Positions 8,291-18,193 of a stretch of 53,080 nucleotides of DNA are shown in pieces. Numbering within the stretch: the stretch's first letter is position 1; the number at the start of each line of letters is the position of its first letter. The translations under genes were made by a program, and so were the position numbers. Under the pieces are notes generated by a model. That model saw nothing but the letters and a program-made list of their open reading frames with translations. It was not told where the DNA came from and made no database searches. Origin of the DNA: Thermoproteota archaeon (GTDB taxonomy: Archaea; Korarchaeota; Korarchaeia; Korarchaeales; Korarchaeaceae); contig JACXSR010000096.1 in assembly GCA_035319845.1 (NCBI GenBank), positions 1-53,080 on the forward strand, read 5' to 3'.

Positions 8291-9275
8291 CCACCTTAGG
8301 CTGTATGGGATACATAATAGGAGTGCCCTCTCCAGCTGTGACTATTATAGTCGCGTTTGATTTGGCTATATCCTTCAGTCCTTCTAAGTATATTACGAGC
8401 GGTGCTATCCTATTGGGATCCGCTCCCGATCTAACAAGTATATCTATGGACCTCGCCGTTCCATTGGCTATTATGATCCTTGATTTGGCCTCTCCCTCGG
8501 CCTCTAGAACTTTAGCGGTGGCGGACGCGTTAGCGAGTATTATGGTCCTATTTCTGTCGTAATAAGCAGCTATCATCCTCTGCTGGGAAGTGAGCTTCTC
8601 CTGAATTGCTTTCAAGAATTCCTCCGGTAGTTTAATGTTCCTCACGTAGACTTCATCTATTACTACACCACCACCCGTCGTCTCATCTTTAGAGAATACC
8701 TCCTGAAGGAGGCTGAATATCTCTCCGCTTATCTTATCTCTAGCGACAGGTACTTCAGCTGCTTCGTATTTGGAGAGCACATCTCTAGCGATCTTCCTTA
8801 TCTCCGGTATTATGAGCTTCTCTTCATAATCCAGAGCTGGGTAAGATTCCACGATCTTGGGTACTGAGCTAGGGATTATGTGCCACCTGACCGTCAGATC
8901 TACCCACGCCTGCAATCCATCCTTGGTTAAAGACTCTATGGCGGGATAATCCCCTATGGCGCTACCGTAACCGTGTTGAACCGCGTTAACATCGGTCCAC
9001 ATGTGGACTGCATCCGTGGCTATGTAAACCTTCTTGACTGATTGCCAAGGCATCTTAAATGCTACCTTGGGACCTATAACGGGCCCTGAGACTTCGCCTG
9101 TAAACGGATCCACTGTCACAGCTGCGTAACCCAGCTCAACGGTGTAAACGCTGAGGAAAGAGGCTATTAGGATGAGAATCACTAGAGCGGCAGCTAGCAA
9201 CACTCTCCCACTAATTTTAGGCTGATAAGGAAGTTCGGGTGTGTACACAGGTATCTCATCATCTCTCCTAGGCAT
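8283..9275 (-). CDS. SPFH/prohibitin (band 7) membrane protein
   Basis: N-terminal TM, K.PW, TKDGL...VDLTV, RNI.LP, and AEGEA coiled-coil repeats. Confidence 0.9.
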   Translation of the reverse strand: MPRRDDEIPVYTPELPYQPKISGRVLLAAALVILILIASFLSVYTVELGYAAVTVDPFTGEVSGPVIGPKVAFKMPWQSVKKVYIATDAVHMWTDVNAVQHGYGSAIGDYPAIESLTKDGLQAWVDLTVRWHIIPSSVPKIVESYPALDYEEKLIIPEIRKIARDVLSKYEAAEVPVARDKISGEIFSLLQEVFSKDETTGGGVVIDEVYVRNIKLPEEFLKAIQEKLTSQQRMIAAYYDRNRTIILANASATAKVLEAEGEAKSRIIIANGTARSIDILVRSGADPNRIAPLVIYLEGLKDIAKSNATIIVTAGEGTPIMYPIQPKVGD

Positions 9276-9351
9276 CCCTCTGCTCCCACTATAGAGAGGT
9301 ATCTCGTCTTTTAAGTTCGCATGTATCCCAGAGCGTTTTCAGTGGTGGGGG

Positions 9352-10125
9352 CTAACCGTGGTAAGGGAGACCCTTCTCTTCCTCCTCCGGCTTGTACTCA
9401 GCTCCCTCGCTGAGCTTTATTTCCTCCCTGATTACTTCTTCTGCCATCTCTGCTTCTCTCTCTAACTCTTCCAAGTCGATATTTAAGCCATACAAGGAAT
9501 CGATTATCTCCAATACCATCTTAGATGCCTTAGGATCGGGGAAAGCACCACTGGTGGTCCCGAGTAAACAAGCACTTGTCAACCCTCTTAAATCAGCAAG
9601 CCCAACTAGGAGGCCCGCTGCCCCCGTTACATAACCGCCAGTTAAAGGCTTGACGCCTGCGGACTCTAGGACCTTCATGAAGTCCTCGTCATTGGTACAG
9701 GCGAATACTCCCGTTACATCTGGTGATCCCGGTACATAACCGCCCATGGTAATGACCGTGGTTACACCCAGTTCTTGGGCAAAGTCTAGCACGAGCTCCC
9801 CTATCTTGTACTGGCCGAAGGCAATGGGTTGCACTTCAGAGGTAAGCACTAAGATATCGTTCTTAGGTCCCTGAACTAGATATATCTCGTATGTCGGTGG
9901 TTGTATCTCGTCACCCTCTACCCTCACGCCAGAAGATCCGTCAGGTAGGGGCAGATAATCACTGTAAATAACTGCTATCCTCCTGGCCTCGAACTTTCTG
10001 ATTAAATAGCTAGCGGCTATCTTCCCCACTAGGCCAAGCCCCGGGACTCCCTGTATGAGGATAGGGTTCTTAGGTGCCACTTCCTCTAACTTCACTAGCT
10101 CAACGTATCCCACCGAGCTCCCCAT
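9352..10125 (-). CDS. Proteasome assembly chaperone (PAC2 family)
   Basis: G.PG.GLVG.IA, T.GG, GAAGLL, CLLG.T, PDP.A; ends in YHG. Confidence 0.88.
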   Translation of the reverse strand: MGSSVGYVELVKLEEVAPKNPILIQGVPGLGLVGKIAASYLIRKFEARRIAVIYSDYLPLPDGSSGVRVEGDEIQPPTYEIYLVQGPKNDILVLTSEVQPIAFGQYKIGELVLDFAQELGVTTVITMGGYVPGSPDVTGVFACTNDEDFMKVLESAGVKPLTGGYVTGAAGLLVGLADLRGLTSACLLGTTSGAFPDPKASKMVLEIIDSLYGLNIDLEELEREAEMAEEVIREEIKLSEGAEYKPEEEEKGLPYHG

Positions 10126-10177
10126 CAGGGACCCCTTAACTCAATATTAAACAATGAGGCATACCTCTAGGATGTCG

Positions 10178-11512
10178 ATGCAATACGTGGTCGTGGGGCA
10201 TGGCACAGCTGGCCAGACGGCCGCAGCTGTTTTGAAGAAGGTAGATCCAGATTCGGATGTTTACGTGATAGAGAAGGGAAAACACGTATCCATCCATCCA
10301 TGCGCCTTGCCCATGGTTTTAGGAGGCAGGTTACCTTTGGAGGCGGTTATAGAGGCAACTCCCAAGGGTAGAATCAGCGTATTACTCAGATCGGAGGCAA
10401 AATACATCGATTTAAAGAATAGAACCTTGATCTTCGAGAGGGACGGTGAGACAGAGAAGATACCATACGACCGATTGATACTGGCCACCGGACTCAAACC
10501 CATATTCCCCAAAGTTGAAGGCATGGACTTAGAGGGGGTTGGAACCGTTTGGGACATCGAATCCGTTGAGAAGCTCAGCAAGGTCTTGGGAAATAAGGTG
10601 GTCGTGGTAGGCGGGAGCGCCACAGGTATAGAGGTTGCAGCGGAGTTAGCTAGGACCGGCCGAGATGTGACCCTAATAGAGGCCATGGAGCAGCTCATGC
10701 CTGGGAAGATAGATCCTCCGGTAGCCTCATCGGTAGCCAAAGCACTCGCCGATATGGGGGTTAAGGTAAAGCTGAAGACGCCCATGACTGGACTGGAAGG
10801 ATCGGGTGGCAGGCTCCAGTACGTTGTAACTCCCACTGGAAAGATAGAGGCTGATACTGCCGTGGTCGTAATAGGCGCCAAACCCAATTCAGATCTAGCA
10901 GCCACTTCGGGACTGAAAATCGGTGAAACAGGTGCTGTTAAGGTGGACGAGTATCTCTTCACATCCGATCCCCATGTCCTAGCAGCTGGTGATGTGGCGG
11001 AGGTAAGGGATTTCGTTACCGGTCAACCAACAGCCACCGGCTTAGCATCCACGGCGTTGGTTCAGGGCAGGATCGCGGCTGAGAATGCTGCGGGCCTTAA
11101 AGTCAAGTACAAAGGTGCTCTCTCTCCATATATGGTCTCCGTGGGAAATTACTGGTTCGGGGGTGTTGGCATATCAGCTAGCAAAGCGGACAGGCTAGGA
11201 CTTGACTATAGGGCCTTTAGATTCGCTGGATCTGATCTTCCGAGGTACATGCCGGAGAGGGATAAGTTCGTGGTGTGGTTGATAACTGACCCCGAAGGCA
11301 AGCTACTGGGCGCTCAGGTCTTCGGTAGGAGGGGGGTGAGAGAGAGGGTGCTCTTCTTAACGGCTGCCATCTACGCGGGCTTCAATGTGCAGGATATTAG
11401 GTTAATGGAATTCGCGTATCAGCCAGAAATATGTGATCTACTGGATCCGATAGCAGTGGCTGCAGAGGGGATGAGTAGAAAGTATAGACTACTGGAGCCT
11501 CCCGGTGACTAG
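10178..11512 (+). CDS. FAD-dependent pyridine nucleotide-disulfide oxidoreductase (CoADR/NADH oxidase family)
   Basis: GxGxAG, single active Cys in SIHPCALP, LATG, GGxxxGxE, AAGD; start could be 10154, 10172 or 10178. Confidence 0.88.
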   Translation: MQYVVVGHGTAGQTAAAVLKKVDPDSDVYVIEKGKHVSIHPCALPMVLGGRLPLEAVIEATPKGRISVLLRSEAKYIDLKNRTLIFERDGETEKIPYDRLILATGLKPIFPKVEGMDLEGVGTVWDIESVEKLSKVLGNKVVVVGGSATGIEVAAELARTGRDVTLIEAMEQLMPGKIDPPVASSVAKALADMGVKVKLKTPMTGLEGSGGRLQYVVTPTGKIEADTAVVVIGAKPNSDLAATSGLKIGETGAVKVDEYLFTSDPHVLAAGDVAEVRDFVTGQPTATGLASTALVQGRIAAENAAGLKVKYKGALSPYMVSVGNYWFGGVGISASKADRLGLDYRAFRFAGSDLPRYMPERDKFVVWLITDPEGKLLGAQVFGRRGVRERVLFLTAAIYAGFNVQDIRLMEFAYQPEICDLLDPIAVAAEGMSRKYRLLEPPGD

Positions 11513-11743
11513 CTTCGCTAGCAACCCTTCGGGTCTCTGGCCCATCCAATAAACCTCCCTATCCAATAGCCTAGCCAGAAAAGCTATGAGAGAAGCATCT
11601 GGATCAGAGCACCCACCATCGATCACCACAGAATCCACACTCAGGATTGTCCTGATGACTCCCTCCCATTCTCCGTCGGTCTCTATTGGAATTCCGCCCG
11701 GAAAGGAGCCGCATCGTCGAAGGTAAGCCACTCTCTTAACCAT
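11489..11743 (-). CDS. Small hypothetical protein
   Basis: Coupled to the DUF354 gene; SD ggtga precedes ATG 11743. Confidence 0.6.
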   Translation of the reverse strand: MVKRVAYLRRCGSFPGGIPIETDGEWEGVIRTILSVDSVVIDGGCSDPDASLIAFLARLLDREVYWMGQRPEGLLAKLVTGRLQ

Positions 11744-12770
11744 TAATCTCACCTAGGACTGAGGAGACGACCTCTCTAGGATCTTCGAGGTCCAGCAGCA
11801 TGTCCCTCGTATCTACAACGTGGGAGTTGGGATCTTTGAGTATATCCGTAACGAGACGCTCCGCATCTTCTAGTCTCCTAGCCCTCCAGATGGGGAAGCC
11901 CCTCTCCCTCAGATACTCGTTGACGTGTAGCTTCACATTGAGCGGGAATACTGATATAGAGGGGGTCCCTAACAGGGCTGCCTCCCGGGCCATAGTTCCT
12001 CCACCAGTTATCACTAGGGAAATCCTGTTAAAGAGATCTAGCGTGTCGACGGCGTCCCTCAGAATGGCGAGCCTTCCCTCCTCAAAGGCTCTCATATTGG
12101 TGAGCTCCCTTACTTGGCTCTCATACCTCGGTTTGACTATAACCTCCGCTCCCATATTTAGCACGGTTTTCACGAGTTTTAGAGCTATAGAAGTGTTCTT
12201 TCCAAGCAGGTAGGAGGCCCCACTCTCCTCGGGTCTTATAAACACCTTGAACTCTCTGTTTACACGAGGAGCCGATAGAGCGTAATCTCTCACCCAAGCG
12301 ATCTCGTCCACCCCGGCGTAGGAGACTAGAGAATCTTTAGAAGCCCCTAGCTTGAGCATATCACTCTCTGGTATGGCTTCTGGATGAATGACTCTCCAAG
12401 AGAGGGGAAAAGTCAACCTAGCGACATGATAAGAGTGAGGTGTGTCATTCATGGTGATTGCCCTTATTGAGAGGCCGAAAGCCACTCTAACAGCCTCTGG
12501 TGAGGAAAAAGATATTAGAACATCCGGGTCGAAGTCCGCAACCGTGTCTAGTAGCGACTTAACCCTTTCGGCGTAGGATAAGAGCTTATCCTTGAGCCCC
12601 CCGGTGGCGTACCTACCCACGACCTCGTGCCTGGCTCCCAGCCTCTTTAGAAGGGACACCGACTCCTTCAACCCTTTTACTGTTATTAGATAGTCCAAGT
12701 TCAGGAAAGAAGCTATGGCAGTCATTAACCTGGCTTGCTTTGGTGTTATGACATCTAGCCAGATCCTCAT
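11736..12770 (-). CDS. DUF354 family protein (GT-B glycosyltransferase-like)
   Basis: IW.D..TPKQ, SPEA.RVAFGL, DTPH, RPEE..ASY, GGGTMAREAALLGTP. Confidence 0.88.
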   Translation of the reverse strand: MRIWLDVITPKQARLMTAIASFLNLDYLITVKGLKESVSLLKRLGARHEVVGRYATGGLKDKLLSYAERVKSLLDTVADFDPDVLISFSSPEAVRVAFGLSIRAITMNDTPHSYHVARLTFPLSWRVIHPEAIPESDMLKLGASKDSLVSYAGVDEIAWVRDYALSAPRVNREFKVFIRPEESGASYLLGKNTSIALKLVKTVLNMGAEVIVKPRYESQVRELTNMRAFEEGRLAILRDAVDTLDLFNRISLVITGGGTMAREAALLGTPSISVFPLNVKLHVNEYLRERGFPIWRARRLEDAERLVTDILKDPNSHVVDTRDMLLDLEDPREVVSSVLGEING

Positions 12771-13144
12771 TCAGCCTCTTCCTTCCCTGATTCCTTCTTC
12801 AGTGATTCCAGCGTCCTTTCCAAGAACAGAAGGCCCTCGTTGAGAAGCTTTCGTCCCGACTCGGTTATCTCGTAGTAATTCCTCATCTTACCGGTTTCTT
12901 CGCCCTTCCTCTTTGACATCTTCACGTACCCCTTGGATTTGAGAGATCTCATCACTATGTAGGCGGTTACTCTAGCTGGTCTCCAGCCGAACCTTTCCTC
13001 TATTAGATCAGATATCTCGTAAGGGTATGCCGGTCTCTCCCTGAGGATCGATAATACGTATAGCCAGAGGTTCTCCTTTGTTAGCTTATCCTTCAACCTC
13101 TGAAGAGGTGCGGGAAGCCTACCCGACGTACTCCGCGGACTCAT
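12767..13144 (-). CDS. PadR family transcriptional regulator
   Basis: LWLYVL.IL...P.Y.YEI wHTH and R.YY.IT..G; SD precedes ATG 13144. Confidence 0.88.
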   Translation of the reverse strand: MSPRSTSGRLPAPLQRLKDKLTKENLWLYVLSILRERPAYPYEISDLIEERFGWRPARVTAYIVMRSLKSKGYVKMSKRKGEETGKMRNYYEITESGRKLLNEGLLFLERTLESLKKESGKEEAE

Positions 13145-13886
13145 CCATCTCACCGTGTCCTCCTAGTTCCTCCCTGATCCTGCGTTCTATTTCCTTTATC
13201 AGCTCACTCTTTATCCTTTCTATCTCCTCTATCTGCTTATCGATCATCTCAAAGTCTAAGCCCAGTGAAAAGGCCCTGTCTAAGACCTCAAGCACGCCTT
13301 TAGCTGCCTTGGGATCTGGGGAATAGTCGGGGGCCACCCCACTCAACACCACACTGCTTAACCCTCTTATCTTTGCCATGCCGAGCATTGAACCAGCTAG
13401 ACCGATAACGGACTTGATTAAGCTCTCTTTTATGGCTCCGACCTCTAAAAACTTACCTAACAACTCCTCATCGTCGCCGAAGGCCAGAACCTTACCTGCA
13501 TAGTTTTCATCAACGAAACCCGTCACTACAACAGTTTTAGTGACCTCCATCTCCTCGAGAATGTCCAAGACCTTGCTTGCCACTTCCATTCCTCCCCATG
13601 GAACTGGTTGGACATCACTAGTGACAAGGGCCAAGGATGAGTCTTTAGCCTGAAACACGGAAATAGAGGGAAGCGTGAACCTTCCTCCCTCAAGCACTGA
13701 GATGCCCACCATATTATTGGGGAACATGAGGTACTCCGAGTATATCTTGGCTACGGGAACAGGATCCAGATTCTTTATCAAGTATGTTATCACCTGCTCA
13801 CCGACATTAGCCATGCCGGGGAACCCAAGCACGGCTACGTCGGCCTTTACAGACTCAGAGATCTCTTTGACCTTCATCCACCCCAT
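13119..13886 (-). CDS. Proteasome assembly chaperone (PAC2 family), second paralog
   Basis: GFPGMANVG, D.QP, G.AG, PDP.AA; ends in YVG. Confidence 0.85.
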   Translation of the reverse strand: MGWMKVKEISESVKADVAVLGFPGMANVGEQVITYLIKNLDPVPVAKIYSEYLMFPNNMVGISVLEGGRFTLPSISVFQAKDSSLALVTSDVQPVPWGGMEVASKVLDILEEMEVTKTVVVTGFVDENYAGKVLAFGDDEELLGKFLEVGAIKESLIKSVIGLAGSMLGMAKIRGLSSVVLSGVAPDYSPDPKAAKGVLEVLDRAFSLGLDFEMIDKQIEEIERIKSELIKEIERRIREELGGHGEMDESAEYVG

Positions 13887-13948
13887 TTCCCTTACCCTTC
13901 CCCTAAAGGAGGGTCGACGTATTAAATAAGGGGCAGTTCAAAAATCGT

Positions 13949-15247
13949 ATGAAAAAGGTAATGCTTATCATCCTAGATGGCTTGGGGGATAGACCTCATC
14001 CCTCTCTGAAACATTTAACTCCCCTTCAAGCCGCTGAAATACCAAATATGGATTTGATGGCATCTAAAGGTCTGTTAGGCATGCAGTATCCTATAGCCCC
14101 TGGCGTTCCTCCGGGTAGCGACACCGGACACCTATCACTATTCGGTTACAACTTGAATGAGGAATATCCGGGGAGGGGCATCTTCGAAGCCTTGGGAGAA
14201 GGTATAGTTCTAGAAGACGGCGTGGCCTTCAGAGCCAACTTTGCAACGGTTTCTAGGAGGAATGGAGAATTAATAGTGGAGGATAGACGCGCCGGAAGAA
14301 TATCTGGGGAAGATGCCGAAGCTTTGGCCTCAGAGATATCCCAAATGAGCTTGTTGGAAGGCGAGGTGGAGGCAGAGTTCATGCATACATTAGAGCACAG
14401 GGGCTTCCTTATCCTCAGGGGGGATGACCTGAGCAGCGAAGTAACCGATGTGGATCCGCATGAGGTGGGGTATCCCGTCTTGGAACCCCTTCCCATAGAA
14501 ATAGAGGCGATCAAAACTGCCAAGGCCTTGAAAGAATTTCTCATTAGATCACACGAGGTCCTAAGGGAGCATGAGATCAACAAGAAGAGAGTAAGAGAGG
14601 GCAAGCCACCCGCTAACTTCATATTACCTAGGGGGGCCTCAAAACCGGTCAGTTTGGAAAGATTCAGTGATAGATGGGGATTTAAGCCGGCGGCCGTGGC
14701 CGCTGGGCCAATGTACAAGGGAATAGCTAAGGCCTTGGGTTTTGAGGTACACCAACCAGAAGGGGCTACGGGGCTTCCGAACTCCAATTTCCGCGGTAAG
14801 ATAAAGGAGGCGCTAGATCTCCTAGAGAACTTCGACTTCGTGTATGTGCACATGAAGGGAACGGACGTGGCCTCTCACAAGAGAGACCCCAAGCTGAAGG
14901 TCGAGGTCTTAGAAAGGATAGATGATGCTTTAGAACAGGTTACAGATCCTCCAGAAGATCTAGTGGTCGTGATAACAGGAGATCATGCTACTCCCTGCCT
15001 TCTTGGTAAGCACAGCGGAGATCCTGTTCCCATTCTCTTCTACGGAAAGGGCCTACCGAAAGACGATGCATCCAACTTTCACGAGCTGGATGCCTCAGTG
15101 GGAGGGGCAGGATGGTTTTTAGGGGCAGATTTAATGAAATTGATCCTAAACTTCTCTGATAGGTCACTGGAGTATGGTCTAAGGCCACTGCCTAGGAGGA
15201 GATGGTATGTACCGAAGAAGGAGGAGCTGACTCCCTTCCGGATTTAA
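13949..15247 (+). CDS. apgM: 2,3-bisphosphoglycerate-independent phosphoglycerate mutase
   Basis: DGLGDRP, PGSD.GHLSLFGY, GRG..EA, H.K.TD..SH, GDHATP, HSGDPVP. Confidence 0.95.
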   Translation: MKKVMLIILDGLGDRPHPSLKHLTPLQAAEIPNMDLMASKGLLGMQYPIAPGVPPGSDTGHLSLFGYNLNEEYPGRGIFEALGEGIVLEDGVAFRANFATVSRRNGELIVEDRRAGRISGEDAEALASEISQMSLLEGEVEAEFMHTLEHRGFLILRGDDLSSEVTDVDPHEVGYPVLEPLPIEIEAIKTAKALKEFLIRSHEVLREHEINKKRVREGKPPANFILPRGASKPVSLERFSDRWGFKPAAVAAGPMYKGIAKALGFEVHQPEGATGLPNSNFRGKIKEALDLLENFDFVYVHMKGTDVASHKRDPKLKVEVLERIDDALEQVTDPPEDLVVVITGDHATPCLLGKHSGDPVPILFYGKGLPKDDASNFHELDASVGGAGWFLGADLMKLILNFSDRSLEYGLRPLPRRRWYVPKKEELTPFRI

Positions 15248-16230
15248 TCCCATACCACATCCCTATCTCTCCTCACTCTTTCTAGGTTAAGGGGTCGAAC
15301 CAAATCCCTTTGGAGGAATGTGGAGAGCTCCTTCTTGAATTGGCATGCTTTACATAGCTCTGTTGTAGTCGGCTCACCGCACACGCGGCATCTCCTAAGC
15401 CGAACATCCGCTGATAACCTGAGAGAGATAAGAGAGAACGTTTGAAGCGCCCTAACTTTGGTTCCGGGGACGCGATCCTCTAATGAATCTATCTCCCTTC
15501 TCACACCTATCCTCATTCCCTGCGTGAAGGGACACTTACCTAAATGAGCGGGGATCCCCTTAGCCACCACTAAAGTGGCGATTTCCCTTTCATAGACCAT
15601 CTTAAGTGGTCTAACACGGGGTATAAGCCCTTCCTCTATCTTCCTCTCGTGCCTCAAGGTCTTCACAAGAGCGTTGATGTCCCCTCTAGACAGGTTCATC
15701 GCAGCCGTTTGCACTAGGTCATCTAGGTTATGTCCCGTCACAACTACAGTCGCCCCAATCTCCCTAGCAATCGCATTCAAAGCCTGCCTCCTAAGGACCC
15801 CACAGTAAGTGCACGGACTCCTCTTCCAGTCAGCGGGGAGCTTGAAATCTAGCTCCTCTATCGATAGTCCATGAATCTCCTCCATTGTGTAGGTTCTATG
15901 TCTAACTCCGAGTTCACTAGCCAATCTCTTAGCTAGCTCCACCGAGGCTCTCCTGTAGAAGGTTCCCTCGTCTACGGTAACCGAGAGTAGACTAAGCCTC
16001 ATGTCTGGATGGAGGTCAGCGAACTCCTTTGTGAGGAGAAGGGCTAGGGAACTATCCTTTCCCCCAGAGTGCGCGATCATTATCCTATCTCCAGCTATTA
16101 GCTCTTCCTTTAAGACATGCCAAGCCCTTCTCCTCACGGATTTCATGAGACAGTTCGCACATAGCGATACTCTCCTACTGTAATCCGTATATACAGCTTC
16201 GTTGAGCCCACAGAGGTCGCACTTCCTCAA
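15244..16230 (-). CDS. ttuA: tRNA 2-thiolation protein TtuA/Ncs6
   Basis: N- and C-terminal Zn fingers, PP-loop SGGKDS, CTYC plus KCP Fe-S ligands, TGHNLDD. Confidence 0.9.
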   Translation of the reverse strand: MRKCDLCGLNEAVYTDYSRRVSLCANCLMKSVRRRAWHVLKEELIAGDRIMIAHSGGKDSSLALLLTKEFADLHPDMRLSLLSVTVDEGTFYRRASVELAKRLASELGVRHRTYTMEEIHGLSIEELDFKLPADWKRSPCTYCGVLRRQALNAIAREIGATVVVTGHNLDDLVQTAAMNLSRGDINALVKTLRHERKIEEGLIPRVRPLKMVYEREIATLVVAKGIPAHLGKCPFTQGMRIGVRREIDSLEDRVPGTKVRALQTFSLISLRLSADVRLRRCRVCGEPTTTELCKACQFKKELSTFLQRDLVRPLNLERVRRDRDVVWD

Positions 16231-16457
16231 GTATTCTCCCCCGAATTTTCTCTAGGACTCTCGTGGTAGGTTATCCTCAGCCAAGTAATCACATCTCCAT
16301 CGTTCAGGTAGGAGTCATCTGCCTTTGGCTTACCATTCACTAGGAGGAGGGTGCTCCATCTACTCACTCCAAGCATCTCGTAAAGTTCCCCTATCAGTGT
16401 GTTCCAGGGAAGCTCTACCTCCCTGCCGGCCAAGAACACTTTAATGGTCCCCTTCAT
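16227..16457 (-). CDS. ThiS/MoaD/SAMP-like beta-grasp protein lacking C-terminal GG
   Basis: L...LG......L.VNG......L.DGD.I pattern; TTGA overlap with ttuA. Confidence 0.78.
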   Translation of the reverse strand: MKGTIKVFLAGREVELPWNTLIGELYEMLGVSRWSTLLLVNGKPKADDSYLNDGDVITWLRITYHESPRENSGENT

Positions 16458-16466
16458 ATACCCCAG

Positions 16467-17168
16467 GTGTCGATGATGTTCCTCTCTAAAAAGGCGAACT
16501 TGAAAGGTGTATCTGTAGAGGGGGATGTTACCGTAATAGGCCCTTCCGTCATCGGTCCAGGCACCATCTTAGGGATGTACTCCGTTGTCGGGTACCCCAC
16601 CTACCGAAAGATCAGGTCCCTAAATAAGAAGGATCTGAGATCTTACGACGATCTGAGCGAGGGAGCGATTATCGGAGAAAATTGCTTTCTAAGAAGCCAT
16701 TCTGTCGTTTATGAAAGGGTCAAGATGGGAAATGGAGTTCAAACGGGGCACGCCGTCCTCATAAGGGAAGACACAATCATAGGAGATGGGACTATCGTGG
16801 GGACGCATGCAGTGATAGATGGAGGGGTGGTGATCGGAAGGGGCGTCAGCATTCAGAGTGGCACTTACATACCGCCTGAGAGTAGGATTGGGAACAACGT
16901 GTTTCTGGCACCCTTCGTCGTCATAACCAACGACAAGTATCCAGCGAGTAGAAGGCTTCTCGGGGTAACCATAGAAGATGACGCCATCATAGGGGCCAAT
17001 TCGATATTGATATCGGGAGTCAGGGTCGGTGAGGGAGCCGTTGTGGCTTCTGGAGCCGTCGTAACGAGGGATATCCCTCCAAGAAAGGTAGTTGTCGGGA
17101 TCCCGGCGAGGGTCGTCATGGATAGGGAGGAATATGATAGGAAGAAAAGGGAGTACGAGGGGGGTTAG
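16467..17168 (+). CDS. Hexapeptide-repeat acyltransferase (sugar N-acetyltransferase-like)
   Basis: Left-handed beta-helix repeats, TNDKYP, GAVVTRD.P...V.G.PA. Confidence 0.88.
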   Translation: MSMMFLSKKANLKGVSVEGDVTVIGPSVIGPGTILGMYSVVGYPTYRKIRSLNKKDLRSYDDLSEGAIIGENCFLRSHSVVYERVKMGNGVQTGHAVLIREDTIIGDGTIVGTHAVIDGGVVIGRGVSIQSGTYIPPESRIGNNVFLAPFVVITNDKYPASRRLLGVTIEDDAIIGANSILISGVRVGEGAVVASGAVVTRDIPPRKVVVGIPARVVMDREEYDRKKREYEGG

Positions 17169-18193
17169 ACATCCTCTATGCCCCCCTCCGTTATAACAAC
17201 CTCTACCGTCCCCTCCGGTAGATAGGGGCTCTTGACAAGCTTGACTACCCTGCGGTCCTTCTTTCCCCTCTTTATATAGAGCCTAGCCGTAACTCCATGG
17301 CCCAGCACGTGCCCTCCAGCGGGCCTGTTAGGATCACCAAAGAAGGCACTAGGATCCGCCACCACTTGGTTGGTGACTATGACTGCTAGATTGTACCCTA
17401 GAGCCAGCTTAAGCAGCTTGTGAAGGTACTTATTGAGCTTCTGTTGTCTCTCAGCTAGGGTCTCTCTGCCCACGTACTCCCCTCGGAAGTGACTTATCAG
17501 GGAATCCACGATTATCAACCCTATGTTCTTCTCCTTTATGTAAGGTTCAGCCCTCTCCGTCACTATCATCTGGTGATCGCTCGTGAATGCCCTAGCGTAT
17601 AGTATGTTCTTCAAGGCCTTCTCCGGATCCAAGCCGAACCTTTCCGCTATCTGTATTATTCTCTCTGGTCTGAAGGTCCCCTCTGTATCAATGAAGAGGG
17701 CGGCCCTACCCAGACCACCCTTGTCCTCGGGAAGCTGGACGGTAACCGCCATTTGATGGGCAAACTGCGTCTTTCCCGATCCGTAAGGTCCATATATCTC
17801 TGTAATGGACTGAGTCTCCACGCCTCCCCCTAAGAGCTCATCCAATGCCTTGGAACCAGTTGTTATCCTCTGGACCATCTTTCTCTGTTGATAGTAATCG
17901 TAAGCGGACATTACATCGATATTTAACTTTGATCTCGCGGCCTGTATTATCTTCTGGGCCACACCCTCTCCTATTCCCGCATACACGGCCAGCTCTGCCG
18001 GAGTAGACATAGCTATGGACTCTAATGTGGTATAACCTGCCTCCATGAGTCTCTTAGCGGTAGCTGGGCCAACCCCCTCTAGGTCAGTTAGGTCAAACTC
18101 CTCCCCGGTGCTCACCTCCTCGTAGTAGGTTTCATCTACCTCCTCAGGTACTTCCTCCTGAGGTTCCTCCTTTACAACCTTCTTCCTCGGTAT
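17165..18193 (-). CDS. radA: DNA repair and recombination protein RadA
   Basis: HhH domain GVGPATA, Walker A GPYGSGKT, IDTEGTFRPER, LAERQQ; probable ATA start at 18193 (ORF track uses GTG 18115). Confidence 0.97.
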   Translation of the reverse strand: MPRKKVVKEEPQEEVPEEVDETYYEEVSTGEEFDLTDLEGVGPATAKRLMEAGYTTLESIAMSTPAELAVYAGIGEGVAQKIIQAARSKLNIDVMSAYDYYQQRKMVQRITTGSKALDELLGGGVETQSITEIYGPYGSGKTQFAHQMAVTVQLPEDKGGLGRAALFIDTEGTFRPERIIQIAERFGLDPEKALKNILYARAFTSDHQMIVTERAEPYIKEKNIGLIIVDSLISHFRGEYVGRETLAERQQKLNKYLHKLLKLALGYNLAVIVTNQVVADPSAFFGDPNRPAGGHVLGHGVTARLYIKRGKKDRRVVKLVKSPYLPEGTVEVVITEGGIEDV

